DNA of 64,000 bases from Corallococcus exercitus (lineage in GTDB: Bacteria; Myxococcota; Myxococcia; Myxococcales; Myxococcaceae): the NCBI RefSeq assembly GCF_042231735.1, contig NZ_CP102577.1, forward strand, positions 2,975,281-3,039,280. Reading direction: 5' to 3'. The position numbers and the translations under genes were made by a program. Below the pieces are notes generated by a model. The model was not told the DNA's origin. It saw only the letters and a program-made list of their open reading frames with translations, and did not search any database. How positions within the stretch are numbered: the first letter of the stretch is position 1; each line of letters begins with the position of its first letter. Positions 17,914 to 28,143 of the stretch are shown here, one piece after another.

Positions 17914-20598
17914 TCACCGGGTGCGGAGGAACGCTTTGACGCTCGGAGCCTGGACCTTCTGGGACTCGATGCACAGCCGGATGGACTCCAGGGCCCGGGC
18001 CAGTGCGCGCGGACCGCCTTCAATCTTGTCCACGCGGGGCGTGAGGAACGTCTCCACCTGCGCCAGGTCCATCTCGTTGCAGAGGTTCCCCGTCTGTCCA
18101 ATCAGCCTGCCCAGCTCATCCGAGCGCAGCCGCTGGGCCAGTGCATCGAAGTGCGTCTGGTAGAAGTTCCACGCCAATGACTGCGATTCCGGCGACATCA
18201 GCGCCATGCCGAGGATGACCTGCGAGTCGCGCACGTCGAAGTCCGGCGCCACCACGAGCCCCAGCGCCCGCCACAGCAGGTCCGGGTTCCGGAAGTACCC
18301 CAGGGACGCCAGCAGTTGGGAACGTTCGCTGCGGCCCTGCTCCTTCTTCGCCGCCTCCAGCAGCGCGTCGAACAGCGCCGCATCGCCATGCGTCGCCGCT
18401 CGGGGCAGCGCGCTGCTGAACGCCTCAGGGTCCACCGATTTGCGGTCCGCCAGCCATGCGCGCACCAGGGGCAGCGCTTCCTTCACCAGCCGCGGATCCT
18501 CCCCGGTCCCGCCGGCCAGCCGGAGGAACATCGAGCGCGACTCCTTCACCGAGTCGTCCTCGCCCGGCTTCGGCACCCAGCCCATGGCCCGCGCGCGTGC
18601 GGAGTACAGCGACGCCACCCACGCGCGGAAGCGCTTGCGCTCCTCCGGCGTGAGCTGATCCACGCGCACCTGCTCGATCAGCAAGGAACCACTCCGCACC
18701 ACGAGCCGGTTCGGCGACTTCGCCGAGGCAGGCACCGCCTTCAGCGCCTCACCCAGCGGCAGGTCTCCACGCGACACCGCCGCGTCCACGTCTCCCCAGA
18801 GGGCCACCTGCTCCGCCGGGGTGAAGGCGGCGACCGGGGTCGCGAGCAGCTTCGTCAACTGCTCGCGCGTGTAACCACCGCGGTAGTAGCCCGTGCCGCC
18901 CGCGTTGAGCAGCACCCACGCCGGGCACTGCTTCGTGGGCAGCGCCACCTCCGCCGAGGCCCCCTGCAACATCGAGCACACCCGCGACGACTGCGTGCCC
19001 GTCCCCACGCGCAGACACACCGGCACCTGCCACTCCTGCCGCGCGTCCGCCTTGGAGCCCACGGGCAGGTAGCGCTCCTGCGACAGCTTCACCGTCGGCG
19101 CACCGCCCGCGGGGCACGACAGCTGCGCGCTGATTCGCGGCGCTCCCTTCTGGACGATGAACCCACCGAAGGACTGCGCCACCTCCGGCCCCGCCGCCTG
19201 GGACAGGTCCGCGAGGAAGTCCTCCATCGTCGCGACCTGCCAGGCGTGCTTGCGGATGTAGCCCCGGAGCACGTCGCGGAAGCGCTCCGGCCCCAGCCAG
19301 GCCTCGTACATGGCGATGACGGATGAGCCCTTGTCATACGTGGTCCCGTTGTCGAACGAGCCCACGATGTCGTCATTGCTGGCCACCGGCTTGCGCACGG
19401 GCAGCGCTGCCTCCAGCGCATCCGACTCCAGCGCGGAACGGGTCGCGAACATGGCGCGCTCCTGCTGGTAGTCCCAGGACGGCTCCAGCCGGTCCACCGT
19501 CTGCCGGTCCAGCCACGCGGTGAAGGACTCGTTCAGCCAGATGTCGTTCCACCACGAGCAGGTGACGACGTCGCCGAACCAGTAGTGGCCCAGCTCATGG
19601 TTGGCGATGACCGCGTAGGCCTTGCGGCGCGCCAGCGTCTCCTCTTCGGGCCGGATGAGCGTGAGCGGCTGCCCGAGCGCGACGATGCCCGGGTGCTCCA
19701 TGGTGCCCCAGTACCGGGGCACCACGGCCACATCCAGCTTCTCGTAGGGATACGGCTGGTCGAAGAAGTCCTCCAGGCCCTTCACGATGCGAGGCGTGAT
19801 GCTCGCGGCGTAGCGCGTCTCCGCGCCCCGGCCCTTCGGCACGATGAAGCGAAGCGGCACGTTCGTGCGGCCCACGGTGCCTGCTTCCACCACGTCGAAC
19901 GGCCCCACCATGAAGGCCACGAGGTAGCTGGGCATCGGCTTGCTCTCCGCGAACGTGACGCGCTCCAGCCCGTCCGCCAGCGGCTCGCGCGACACGATGG
20001 GGTGGTTGGCCAGCGCCACGTGCCCGGCCTTCACGGTGAAGCGCAGGCGCCACGGCACCTTGAAGGTCGGCTCGTCGAAGCTCGGGAAGGCGCGGCGCGC
20101 GTCGATGGGCTCGAAGAACGTGTAGAGGTAGGACTCACCGCCCTCCGCCACTCCGTAGATGCCCTGGCTGCGCTCGCGGTCCACCTTGCCGGTGAAGTCC
20201 AACTGGAGCTGCGCCTTCCCCACGGGGAGTTCCTCTGGGAGCAGCAATCCCAGACGTCCTTCGCTCGCGGTGACGGGCTTCGCGTCGAAAGTACGGCCAT
20301 TCACGGTGACGCGAGCCCGCGTGACGTCCAGGTCCTGCGCGTGCAGCCACACCTGGCGCACCGGCTCACGGACCTCCACGTCGATGGTGACGCTGCCGGG
20401 ATACGTGTCCTCCGTGGGCACGAGCTTCAGGTCCAGCGCGTAGTGCACGGGCCGCACGGTGTCCGGCAGCCGCAGCGCGGGAGGCAGGGCCTCCGGCCAC
20501 GACACGGCGGGCGGCGCGGAAGCCGGCGGTGCGGCCTCCGGCGCGTGCGCACAGCGGACGGTCAACACCACCAGGACAAGGAGTGGGAGCAGTCGCAT
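17914..20598 (-). CDS. pepN: Aminopeptidase N (M1 family zinc metallopeptidase), secreted
   Basis: GTMEH (GAMEN-like) exopeptidase motif, and HELGHYWFGD...WLNESFTAW as HExxH-x18-E. The ERAP/leukotriene-hydrolase-like C-terminal domain follows. Signal peptide at MRLLPLLVLVVL. Confidence 0.9.
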   Translation of the reverse strand: MRLLPLLVLVVLTVRCAHAPEAAPPASAPPAVSWPEALPPALRLPDTVRPVHYALDLKLVPTEDTYPGSVTIDVEVREPVRQVWLHAQDLDVTRARVTVNGRTFDAKPVTASEGRLGLLLPEELPVGKAQLQLDFTGKVDRERSQGIYGVAEGGESYLYTFFEPIDARRAFPSFDEPTFKVPWRLRFTVKAGHVALANHPIVSREPLADGLERVTFAESKPMPSYLVAFMVGPFDVVEAGTVGRTNVPLRFIVPKGRGAETRYAASITPRIVKGLEDFFDQPYPYEKLDVAVVPRYWGTMEHPGIVALGQPLTLIRPEEETLARRKAYAVIANHELGHYWFGDVVTCSWWNDIWLNESFTAWLDRQTVDRLEPSWDYQQERAMFATRSALESDALEAALPVRKPVASNDDIVGSFDNGTTYDKGSSVIAMYEAWLGPERFRDVLRGYIRKHAWQVATMEDFLADLSQAAGPEVAQSFGGFIVQKGAPRISAQLSCPAGGAPTVKLSQERYLPVGSKADARQEWQVPVCLRVGTGTQSSRVCSMLQGASAEVALPTKQCPAWVLLNAGGTGYYRGGYTREQLTKLLATPVAAFTPAEQVALWGDVDAAVSRGDLPLGEALKAVPASAKSPNRLVVRSGSLLIEQVRVDQLTPEERKRFRAWVASLYSARARAMGWVPKPGEDDSVKESRSMFLRLAGGTGEDPRLVKEALPLVRAWLADRKSVDPEAFSSALPRAATHGDAALFDALLEAAKKEQGRSERSQLLASLGYFRNPDLLWRALGLVVAPDFDVRDSQVILGMALMSPESQSLAWNFYQTHFDALAQRLRSDELGRLIGQTGNLCNEMDLAQVETFLTPRVDKIEGGPRALARALESIRLCIESQKVQAPSVKAFLRTR

Positions 20599-20756
20599 GG
20601 GTGCGCAGCTTAGACCGGCGCCCCTCACAGGTCTTCGCGACCTTGATGCGGTCATTAGCCGCGGCTTCGTGCCCATGAAGACACCGGAAGATGCACAGCC
20701 TCCCGGGAGCCGCTACGGTCCCGATCCCCCCGTTTCAGCTACAAGCCGAGGAAAAC

Positions 20757-21650
20757 ATGTTTTGTCGCGGCAGCGGTCTTCCCTCCCTCTTCGTGTCCCT
20801 GCTCTTCGTCGTGGGCTTCGCGTCGTCCGCCCGCGCTGACACCTACCAGACCTATGTGACGCCTAAGGTCAATGGCTATCAGATTGGCACCTACCTCCCC
20901 AACCAGCCCACCGGCAACTTCAGCAGCGCTGGCGACACGGCCCGCCGATTCTGTCAGGACCAGGGCCACAGCGGCGCCAGCGGCTTCACCACCGCCATCC
21001 GTGGCTCCGCGTATACATACATCGTCGGCACCAATGGCTTTGGTCCGTGGAACACGACTGGCAACAGCAACGTGACGATGCTGGAGACGGTCATCTGCTT
21101 CACGTCCACCACGTCGGGCGTCACGTACACCACGCCGACGGTCAATGGCTATCAGGTGGGCACCCTCCAGCCGAACCAACCGGCCGGCAACTTCAGCTCG
21201 CCCGCTGACACAGCCCGCCGCTTCTGCCAGGACCAGGGCCATACCGGCGCCAGCAGCTTCACCACCGCCATCCGTGGCTCCGCGTACACGTACATCGTTG
21301 GGACCAACGGCGTGGGCAACTGGAACACCACCGGCAATGCCAACGTGACGATGCTGGAGACCATCACCTGCTTCGACTCGGTGGACATCACGTACACGAC
21401 GCCGACGGTGAACGGTTACCAGGTCGGCACCATCCAGCCCAACTATCCCACCGGCAACTTCAGCACCGCCGCGGACACGGCCCGCCGCTTCTGCCGGGAC
21501 CAGGGCCACCTGGATGCGCGCGGCTTCACCACCGCCATCCGTGGCTCCGCGTACACGTACATCGTGGGGACGAATGGCGTGGGCAACTGGAACACCACGG
21601 GCAACGGCAACGTCACCATGCTGGAGACCATCACCTGCATCACGCAGTAA
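20757..21650 (+). CDS. Secreted protein composed of three near-identical tandem ~86-93-aa repeats, two Cys each
   Basis: RBS AGGAAAAC before the ATG, then a signal peptide (FVSLLFVVGFASSARA). Three repeats share TY.TPxVNGYQ.GT..PN.P.GNFS...DTARRFC.DQGH......FTTAIRGSAYTYIVGTNG.G.WNTTGN.NVTMLET..C. Confidence 0.7.
   Translation: MFCRGSGLPSLFVSLLFVVGFASSARADTYQTYVTPKVNGYQIGTYLPNQPTGNFSSAGDTARRFCQDQGHSGASGFTTAIRGSAYTYIVGTNGFGPWNTTGNSNVTMLETVICFTSTTSGVTYTTPTVNGYQVGTLQPNQPAGNFSSPADTARRFCQDQGHTGASSFTTAIRGSAYTYIVGTNGVGNWNTTGNANVTMLETITCFDSVDITYTTPTVNGYQVGTIQPNYPTGNFSTAADTARRFCRDQGHLDARGFTTAIRGSAYTYIVGTNGVGNWNTTGNGNVTMLETITCITQ
20844..21647 (+). repeat. Three tandem coding repeats of approximately 255 bp
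   Basis: Unit boundaries at about 20844, 21121 and 21379. Units 2 and 3 are nearly identical at nucleotide level. Confidence 0.7.
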
Positions 21651-21740
21651 CCGACAGTCCGGGCCGGGGGCCCTCACGGCCCCCGCGTCCCGGGTGTCTT
21701 CCAGATGCACGCGGTGGAGGACTGGGCCAGGATGCGCCCC

Positions 21741-22562
21741 ATGTCCAACCTCCAAGGCAAGACCCTCTTCATCACCGGCGCCAGCCGCGGCATCGGCAAG
21801 GCCATCGCGCTGCGCGCGGCCCGCGACGGCGCCAACATCGTCATCGCGGCGAAGACGACCGACCCGCACCCCAAGCTGCCCGGCACCATCTACTCGGCGG
21901 CGAAGGAGATTGAAGAGGCCGGCGGCAAGGCCCTCCCCTGCGTGGTGGACATCCGCGACGAGGCGCAGATCCACGCCGCCGTCGCCAAGGCCGTGGAGAC
22001 CTTCGGCGGCATCGACATCCTGGTGAACAACGCCAGCGCCATCAGCCTCACCGGCACGCTGGAGACGCCGCTCAAGCGCTTCGACCTCATGCACGGCATC
22101 AACACGCGCGGCACCTTCGCGTGCTCGCAGGCGTGCATCCCGTACCTCAAGAAGTCCTCCAACCCGCACATCCTCAACAACTCGCCGCCGCTCAACATGG
22201 AGCCGCGCTGGTTCGGCCCCCACGTGGCCTACACCATCGCGAAGTACGGCATGAGCCTGTGTGCCCTGGGCATGGCGGAGGAGCTCAAGGACGACGGCAT
22301 CGCCGTCAACACCCTCTGGCCCCGCACCGTCATCGCCACCGCCGCCGTGCAGAACCTGCTGGGCGGCGACGACACCATCAAGGGCAGCCGCAAGCCGGAG
22401 ATCATGGCGGACGCCGCCTACGCCATCCTCACCAAGCCCAGCCGCTCCTTCACCGGCAACTTCTGCATCGACGACGAGGTGCTGCGCGCCGCGGGCGTCA
22501 CGAACTTCGACAAGTACCAGTCCGTCCCCGGCGCGGAGCTGCTGCCCGACTTCTTCCTCTAA
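21741..22562 (+). CDS. SDR family NAD(P)-dependent oxidoreductase (HSDL2-like)
   Basis: TGASRGIGKAIA Rossmann motif, NNAS, and YTIAKYGM (YxxxK catalytic pair). Confidence 0.85.
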   Translation: MSNLQGKTLFITGASRGIGKAIALRAARDGANIVIAAKTTDPHPKLPGTIYSAAKEIEEAGGKALPCVVDIRDEAQIHAAVAKAVETFGGIDILVNNASAISLTGTLETPLKRFDLMHGINTRGTFACSQACIPYLKKSSNPHILNNSPPLNMEPRWFGPHVAYTIAKYGMSLCALGMAEELKDDGIAVNTLWPRTVIATAAVQNLLGGDDTIKGSRKPEIMADAAYAILTKPSRSFTGNFCIDDEVLRAAGVTNFDKYQSVPGAELLPDFFL

Positions 22563-22583
22563 GGACGTCCGGCCTCCGGCCCC

Positions 22584-23504
22584 ATGCCCCCGCGCAAGCT
22601 CCAGCGACACCTGGTCTGGCTCGAGTCCTTCACCGCCGCGGTGGAGGCCGGCAGCATCGACGCCGCCGCGGAGCACCTGGGCGTCGCGCGCTCCGTCGTG
22701 AGCGAGCACATCCGCGCCCTGGAGGAGGTGCTCGCGGACGGCGCCGCCCTGCTGGAGCGGGGGCCGGGCCGGCGCCTGCAGCTGTCCGCGCGCGGAGAGC
22801 GCCTCTACGCGGGCACCCAGACGCCGCTGCACCAGCTGGACGTGAAGCGGCTGATGGACCTGGCCCGCGTGGAGCCCACCCTGCGCCTGGGCCTCAACCC
22901 CACCCTCTCCATGTCGCTCCTGGGCGGCATCGCGCAGGACGCCGCCGCCACCGACCTCAAGCTGGTGGTGGGCTTCGGCGGCTCGCACGAGCTCATGCGG
23001 CAGGTGCAGACGCGGCAGCAGGACCTGGTGCTCGACTTCACCCCCCTGCCCCCGCACGAGGGCGTGGACACCGAGTCCCTGCTGCGCATGTCCTTCGTGG
23101 TCATCGCCGGCCCCGACTCCGCGCTCGCGAAGGCGCACCCCTCCCGCCGCTCCCTGGACGTGAAGGACCTCCAGGGCCAGCGCTTCGTGGACTGGCTGCG
23201 GGACGACCCCTACGGCGGCGCCAACAGCGCGCGCTTCGCCGCCCACGGCGTCTCCGTCACGGAGGTCGGCCGAGTGGAGAGCTTCCTCCACCTCTACGAG
23301 TTGCTGCGCGCCTACAAGGCCTGCACCATCGCCCCCGACGTGCGCCCCACCCAGCCCTTCCCGCCCGACCTCCACGTCTGGCCCCTGCGCGAGCAGGAGC
23401 CCCAGGTCGTGGAGGTGGTGGCCCTGTGGCCCTCCGGCGGCCTCAGCCCCGGCGGCCAGAGCATCCTTGACGGGCTGCGTCGTCGCCTGAACAAGCGACG
23501 ATAA
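22584..23504 (+). CDS. LysR-family transcriptional regulator
   Basis: N-terminal HTH (LVWLESFTAAVEAGSIDAAAEHLGVARSVVSEHIRALE) plus a LysR substrate-binding-like C-terminal domain. Confidence 0.8.
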   Translation: MPPRKLQRHLVWLESFTAAVEAGSIDAAAEHLGVARSVVSEHIRALEEVLADGAALLERGPGRRLQLSARGERLYAGTQTPLHQLDVKRLMDLARVEPTLRLGLNPTLSMSLLGGIAQDAAATDLKLVVGFGGSHELMRQVQTRQQDLVLDFTPLPPHEGVDTESLLRMSFVVIAGPDSALAKAHPSRRSLDVKDLQGQRFVDWLRDDPYGGANSARFAAHGVSVTEVGRVESFLHLYELLRAYKACTIAPDVRPTQPFPPDLHVWPLREQEPQVVEVVALWPSGGLSPGGQSILDGLRRRLNKRR

Positions 23505-23596
23505 TCCGACGAAGACGTCGATTTCTGCCGGATTTCCGTCTTCCAGTGCGATGCGTATTCTTCAGGAGTCCTGTTTCTCTTGAAGGAGCCGCCGCG

Positions 23597-25192
23597 ATGA
23601 CCCCCACGGAACGGACCATTGCCCGCCTTCCCGCCCACCTGCGCCGCTACGTCGTGTCGCAGGACTACGCGGCGTACACGCCCCGCGACCAGGCGGTGTG
23701 GCGGCACATCCTGGGGCAGCTGCGCGAGCACCTGAGCGACAAGGCGCACCCCGTCTACCTGGAGGGCCTGGAGGCCACGGGCATTGGCGCGGAGGCCATC
23801 CCCAGCCTGGACGAGATGAACGAGAAGCTGTCCCAGCTGGGCTGGTCCTGCGTGGCGGTGCGCGGCTTCATCCCGCCGGCCGTCTTCACGGAGCTGCAGG
23901 CGCTGGGCGTGCTGGCCATCGCGGCGGACATCCGCACGCACGAGCACATCCAGTACACGCCCGCGCCGGACATCGTCCATGAGAGCGCGGGGCACGCGCC
24001 CATCATCGCGAACGCGCGGTACGCCCAATACCTCAAGGCCGTGGGGCTGGTGGGGTTCAAGGCCATCGCCAGCGTGGAGGACCAGGCCGTCTTCGAGGCC
24101 ATCCGCAACCTCTCCGTGGTGAAGGAGGACCCCACCGCCACCGAGGAGGAGATTGCCCACGCCCAGGCCCGCCTGGAGGCCGCCAACGCCAGCCACCGCT
24201 ACATCAGCGAGAGCACCCGCGCGAGCCGCCTGTACTGGTGGACGGCGGAGTACGGGCTGATTGGCGACCTGCAGCACCCGCGCATCTACGGCGCGGGCCT
24301 GCTGTCCAGCATCGGCGAGGCGAAGCACTGCCTCACGTCCGCGGTGCACAAGCTGCCGCTGGGCGTGGCGTGCGCGGACACGGACTACGACATCACCCGC
24401 ATGCAGCCGCAGCTCTTCGTGGCGCGCGACTTTGAACACCTCTTCGAAGTCCTGGCCGAGTTCGAGGCCACGCTCGCGTGGAAGCGTGGCGGGGACCTGG
24501 GCCTCAACGAGGCGCTGCGCGCCCGCACGGTCAACCACCTGGTGCTCGCGGACGGCCGGGAGGTGACGGGCAAGGTGGTGGAGCTGCTGCCGGCCCCCAA
24601 GGAGGTGGCCCTGGGCCTGTCCACCGCGCTGGCCCGGCTGGAGGGCCCCATCCTCACATCGCGGAGCGGGCACGCCCTGGACAAGCCGTTCAGCGGCGCG
24701 GCGCTGGTCGCATTTGGCCAGGGCACCCTGCCGGAGCGCGGGAGCTTTAGACTCTCGCTCGACAGCGGGCTGGTGCTGGAGGGCTTCGCGGTGGGCGGCG
24801 GTGAGGTGATTGCCCTGCGCGGCACGCTGGCGGGCCGCGAGCTGACGCTGCCGTCCATGGCGCGCCTGTACCTGACGGAGCGGCTGCCGTCCGTGGCGGG
24901 CGGGCCCGCCGACCCGGGCACGTGGGACAGGTGGTTCGGGGAGATGGACGCCTTCACCGCGGGCGACGGCGAGGCCCAGGCGCGCGAGCGCAAGGCGCAG
25001 GCCCTGCACCCGTCGCTGGCCGCCCTCTACACGGAGGTGCGCCGCATCCGCGAGACGGGGCAGCGGGCCCCCGAGCGGCTGGAGCAGATCGCCCGCGCGT
25101 CCACGGACTTCCCCACCGACTGGCTCCTGCGCGCGGAGGTGGCGGAGCTGCGCGGCGAGGTGCCCCCCCGGCGCGACACGGCGCACGCGTAG
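23597..25192 (+). CDS. Aromatic-amino-acid (phenylalanine-4-) hydroxylase-family protein with an approximately 250-aa C-terminal extension
   Basis: RBS AAGGAG before the ATG. YTPRDQAVW...PDIVHESAGHAPI...YWWTAEYGL are biopterin-hydroxylase catalytic-core blocks. The gene is longer than typical bacterial PhhA. Confidence 0.7.
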   Translation: MTPTERTIARLPAHLRRYVVSQDYAAYTPRDQAVWRHILGQLREHLSDKAHPVYLEGLEATGIGAEAIPSLDEMNEKLSQLGWSCVAVRGFIPPAVFTELQALGVLAIAADIRTHEHIQYTPAPDIVHESAGHAPIIANARYAQYLKAVGLVGFKAIASVEDQAVFEAIRNLSVVKEDPTATEEEIAHAQARLEAANASHRYISESTRASRLYWWTAEYGLIGDLQHPRIYGAGLLSSIGEAKHCLTSAVHKLPLGVACADTDYDITRMQPQLFVARDFEHLFEVLAEFEATLAWKRGGDLGLNEALRARTVNHLVLADGREVTGKVVELLPAPKEVALGLSTALARLEGPILTSRSGHALDKPFSGAALVAFGQGTLPERGSFRLSLDSGLVLEGFAVGGGEVIALRGTLAGRELTLPSMARLYLTERLPSVAGGPADPGTWDRWFGEMDAFTAGDGEAQARERKAQALHPSLAALYTEVRRIRETGQRAPERLEQIARASTDFPTDWLLRAEVAELRGEVPPRRDTAHA

Positions 25193-25236
25193 CGTCCGTC
25201 TCTTTTTCCGAAAGACAGACGGATGACGTGAAACGG

Positions 25237-25276
25237 CCCGGTCGACCTCCTCACGAGGTCGCCGGGCCGGCTCACT
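25237..25276. terminator. Candidate bidirectional stem-loop between convergent genes
   Basis: CGGCCCGGTCGACCTC-ctcac-GAGGTCGCCGGGCCG is an imperfect GC-rich hairpin between the hydroxylase stop (25192) and the LysM gene stop (25302). Confidence 0.4.
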
Positions 25277-25301
25277 TCCGGGGGGCTTTCGCGGCGGGGG
25301 A

Positions 25302-26918
25302 CTACCCGTTGATGCGCACCATCGCGACGTCGTAGTGGCGGTCCGTCACGTAGCCGTTCGCGGCCTTGCCGGGGCGGTACATGTTCCCGGTCTTGTCATC
25401 CACGTAGAAGCGGTTGTTCGGGTTCGTGTCCTTGCCCTTGCTGGCGTTGGTCGTGCCCGGGTCGTGGAACGTGTAGTAGGTGCGGCCCTTGTCGTCGACG
25501 CCACGGCCCGTGATGGTCACGAAGTGGTCCGTGAGGCCGTCCGCGTTGTAGCTCGCGTCCTTGTGGCTCACGCCCACGACCACCGGCTTGCCGGCTTCCA
25601 GCTGCTGGTCGATGTACTTGCGGCCCTCGGCGGCCTTCTTCGAGTCCACGTTGAGCGCGCCGACGCCGTTCTCGCTCTTGCCCACCTGGATGCGGCGGTC
25701 GGGGCCCAGCACGTTCGCGCCCTTCGCGCCCGCCATCGCCACCGCGGCCTTGAAGCACGCCGTGTCGCTGGGGGTGTAGCCGTGGCCGCCCTCGAACTGG
25801 CTGTAGTACGGCACCTTCACGTGCACCGCCGGCTTGTCCTTGGACCCGGCCACCTGCTGCGTGTCGGTGCGGTCCGCCTCCGTGGTGGGCCTGGAGGTGT
25901 TCGTGCCCTGCGTCGTGCCCGTGCCGTCCGAGCGGCCCGGCCTCGCGCTGTTGTCCACCGACGGGGGAACCACGCCCGTGTTGGTGTTGGCCGGCTTCGT
26001 CGTGGTCGCGCCCGACTGCTCCTTCTTGAGCATGGCGAGCGCGTCCTTCGCCTCCGACTTGAAGCGGTTGGCCACGCCCTTCTGCACGTCCTTGGAGCTG
26101 CCGGAGAAGTGCACCAGGGTGCCGCTGGAGTTCGTGCGGCCGCGCTCGGCGTAGATGTCCTTGATGAGCTGCTCGTCGCTCACCTTCGCGGGGTCGCGGC
26201 CGGCCAGCGCCTTCTTGAAGATGTCATCCGCCTTGCCCGGGCCGTGCTGCACGGAGGTGGACCAGGCCACGTCACGCAGCGCCGCGGAGCGCTTGTCCAG
26301 GTCGATGCCCGTCGCCTTCTTGATGTTGGCGGCGCCCGGGTCGTAGTGCGTGGCCTTGATGTAGTCGTGCTGCGCCTTGTCGAAGCCCTTCGGGTCCTTC
26401 GCCGCCAGCTGCTTCCACGCGGAGGAGAACTCCGCGGAGCCCGGCTTGCTGCCCGACAGCGCCTTGTAATAGTCCGGGTTCGTCTTCTTCAGCGAGTTGA
26501 CGAAGGACTGCGCGGAGCCGTTCGCGGACGCGAACTGGTAGGAGCCGTAGGACACGCCGCCCTTGTCACCCTTGCCCGTGGACACGGTGCCGGGGCCGCG
26601 CGCCTCGTACTTGCGGCTCAGCGAGCCCAGCTCCCCGCCCGCGTTGCTGGTGGTGCCGCCCTCGGTGGAGGGCGTCGTCTTCTGCGTGCCGCTGGTGGAC
26701 TGCGTGAAGCTGTCGCCCGACGTCTTCGTTCCCGCGCTCGACTTCGCGCCCTTCGTCTCGAAGCCGTCCTGCTGAACCTTGAGGGACTGGCCCGCCAGGA
26801 TCTTGTTCGGATCCTTGATGTTGTTCGCCTTGGCCAGATCCGCGACGGACGTGTTGTAGCGCTTCGCGATCTCCGAAAGCGTGTCGCCAGAACGGACGCG
26901 GATGTTGGAGACGGTCAT
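25302..26918 (-). CDS. LysM-domain protein with putative peptidoglycan-hydrolase-type C-terminal domains
   Basis: N-terminal LysM ([41 protein letters not shown]). Low-complexity Thr/Ser/Gly linkers. The C-terminal region ([26 protein letters not shown]) suggests a Cys-peptidase-like domain, but this is weak. Confidence 0.65.
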   Translation of the reverse strand: MTVSNIRVRSGDTLSEIAKRYNTSVADLAKANNIKDPNKILAGQSLKVQQDGFETKGAKSSAGTKTSGDSFTQSTSGTQKTTPSTEGGTTSNAGGELGSLSRKYEARGPGTVSTGKGDKGGVSYGSYQFASANGSAQSFVNSLKKTNPDYYKALSGSKPGSAEFSSAWKQLAAKDPKGFDKAQHDYIKATHYDPGAANIKKATGIDLDKRSAALRDVAWSTSVQHGPGKADDIFKKALAGRDPAKVSDEQLIKDIYAERGRTNSSGTLVHFSGSSKDVQKGVANRFKSEAKDALAMLKKEQSGATTTKPANTNTGVVPPSVDNSARPGRSDGTGTTQGTNTSRPTTEADRTDTQQVAGSKDKPAVHVKVPYYSQFEGGHGYTPSDTACFKAAVAMAGAKGANVLGPDRRIQVGKSENGVGALNVDSKKAAEGRKYIDQQLEAGKPVVVGVSHKDASYNADGLTDHFVTITGRGVDDKGRTYYTFHDPGTTNASKGKDTNPNNRFYVDDKTGNMYRPGKAANGYVTDRHYDVAMVRING

Positions 26919-27108
26919 GGGAGCCCCCTCGTGTCAGGCCGCGAACACAGGCGCCGCGGACGTGCTTGGATTGCCGTGATTATCGAATGGCAGTGCGATC
27001 AGTTTCGCATCCCCAGTCGCAATCGTGTCAAACCAGTGATTCCGGCAACTTCAGTTTCGACGGAGCAATCCACTGAGACTAGAAAACCTGCCCAGGAGGA
27101 CCACTCGG

Positions 27109-28143
27109 ATGTCCAGGATCCAACCGGCTTTCAAAAGTGTGGCATTGCTGTTTGCCATTTGCGTCACGGGCGCGGTCCCGGACGCCTCGGCGCAGGGGTC
27201 CGAGGGACTCACGGGGCTCTATTCGAACAAGAGCGGGACGCTGGCCATCGTCGAGGGGAGCAACGAGACGCTGGTGCACTTCTCGGGCTCGTTCCCGCAG
27301 GGCAGCAGCGCGGGCACCTGTGATTGCGCGTGGGTCGTCCAGAAGAAGACAGCCACCGCCTGGACGTTGAGCCAGGAGGACGAGCCGCAGCCCTGGACGC
27401 TGCGCGTCAATCCCAAGCAGTTCGTGTTGGAGTCAGGCCCCACGCCCCAGTGCTGCGGCGCGGGCTACCCGGGCAAGGACTCGTTCGCCCGGAGCACGTC
27501 CAAGCCGCTGGGCATCTGCAAGGTGAAGGCGTCCAAGGCGGGCTTCCACGCGTCGGACGCCGCCAACACCGCGCGCAAGGCGTTCGTGGTGTCCGGCGAC
27601 GCGGTGGAGGCGTACGTCGACCCGCTGGAGCCGGACTTCCTCGCCGCGCGCTTCCAGGGCCCGCAGAAGGCCACCGCGGGGCTGCTCAAGCGTGCGGACC
27701 TGGACTGCTCGGCGGACTCGGCGCCCACGGCCACCCAGGCGCCGGTGGCCGCGGACAAGCTCCAGCCCTTCGCGGGGACGTGGGTGGAGCTGACGCGCCA
27801 GGGCAAGGGCTTCGTCGTCCTCAAGCCCTGCTCCGCCGCGACGCGCAGCTTCACCGTCAAGCCCACGACGGGCGAGGTGGAGGTGCAGCTGGGCCAGGAG
27901 GCCACGACGCTGAAGGTGACGTCCGTGGAGCCCGGCAAGGGCGCCGGGGCCTGGGTGCTGGGGCTCGCGTCCTCCGACGGCAAGCCGGAGGCGCTCCAGT
28001 GGAAGACGGCCGACGCCGCGAAGGGCACCGTGACCGTGACGAGTCCGGACCTCTTCTCCCAGAGCCATGACTACGTGCGCCAGGAGAAGAAGTCCGCGTT
28101 CCCGTCCAAGCAGGAGACGGGGTGCGACGAGTACGAGCGCTAA
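27109..28143 (+). CDS. Secreted hypothetical protein
   Basis: Signal peptide (VALLFAICVTGAVPDASAQ), multiple Cys pairs and beta-rich sequence. Confidence 0.65.
   Translation: MSRIQPAFKSVALLFAICVTGAVPDASAQGSEGLTGLYSNKSGTLAIVEGSNETLVHFSGSFPQGSSAGTCDCAWVVQKKTATAWTLSQEDEPQPWTLRVNPKQFVLESGPTPQCCGAGYPGKDSFARSTSKPLGICKVKASKAGFHASDAANTARKAFVVSGDAVEAYVDPLEPDFLAARFQGPQKATAGLLKRADLDCSADSAPTATQAPVAADKLQPFAGTWVELTRQGKGFVVLKPCSAATRSFTVKPTTGEVEVQLGQEATTLKVTSVEPGKGAGAWVLGLASSDGKPEALQWKTADAAKGTVTVTSPDLFSQSHDYVRQEKKSAFPSKQETGCDEYER

Noticed and set aside
20739-23375. 878-aa minus-strand ORF across the repeat-protein, SDR and LysR genes
   Set aside because: GC-artefact ORF with no motifs, overlapping three well-supported plus-strand genes.
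25335-27323. 662-aa plus-strand ORF opposite the LysM gene
   Set aside because: Antisense to a convincing LysM-domain gene, with Arg/Ala/Gly-rich low-complexity translation.
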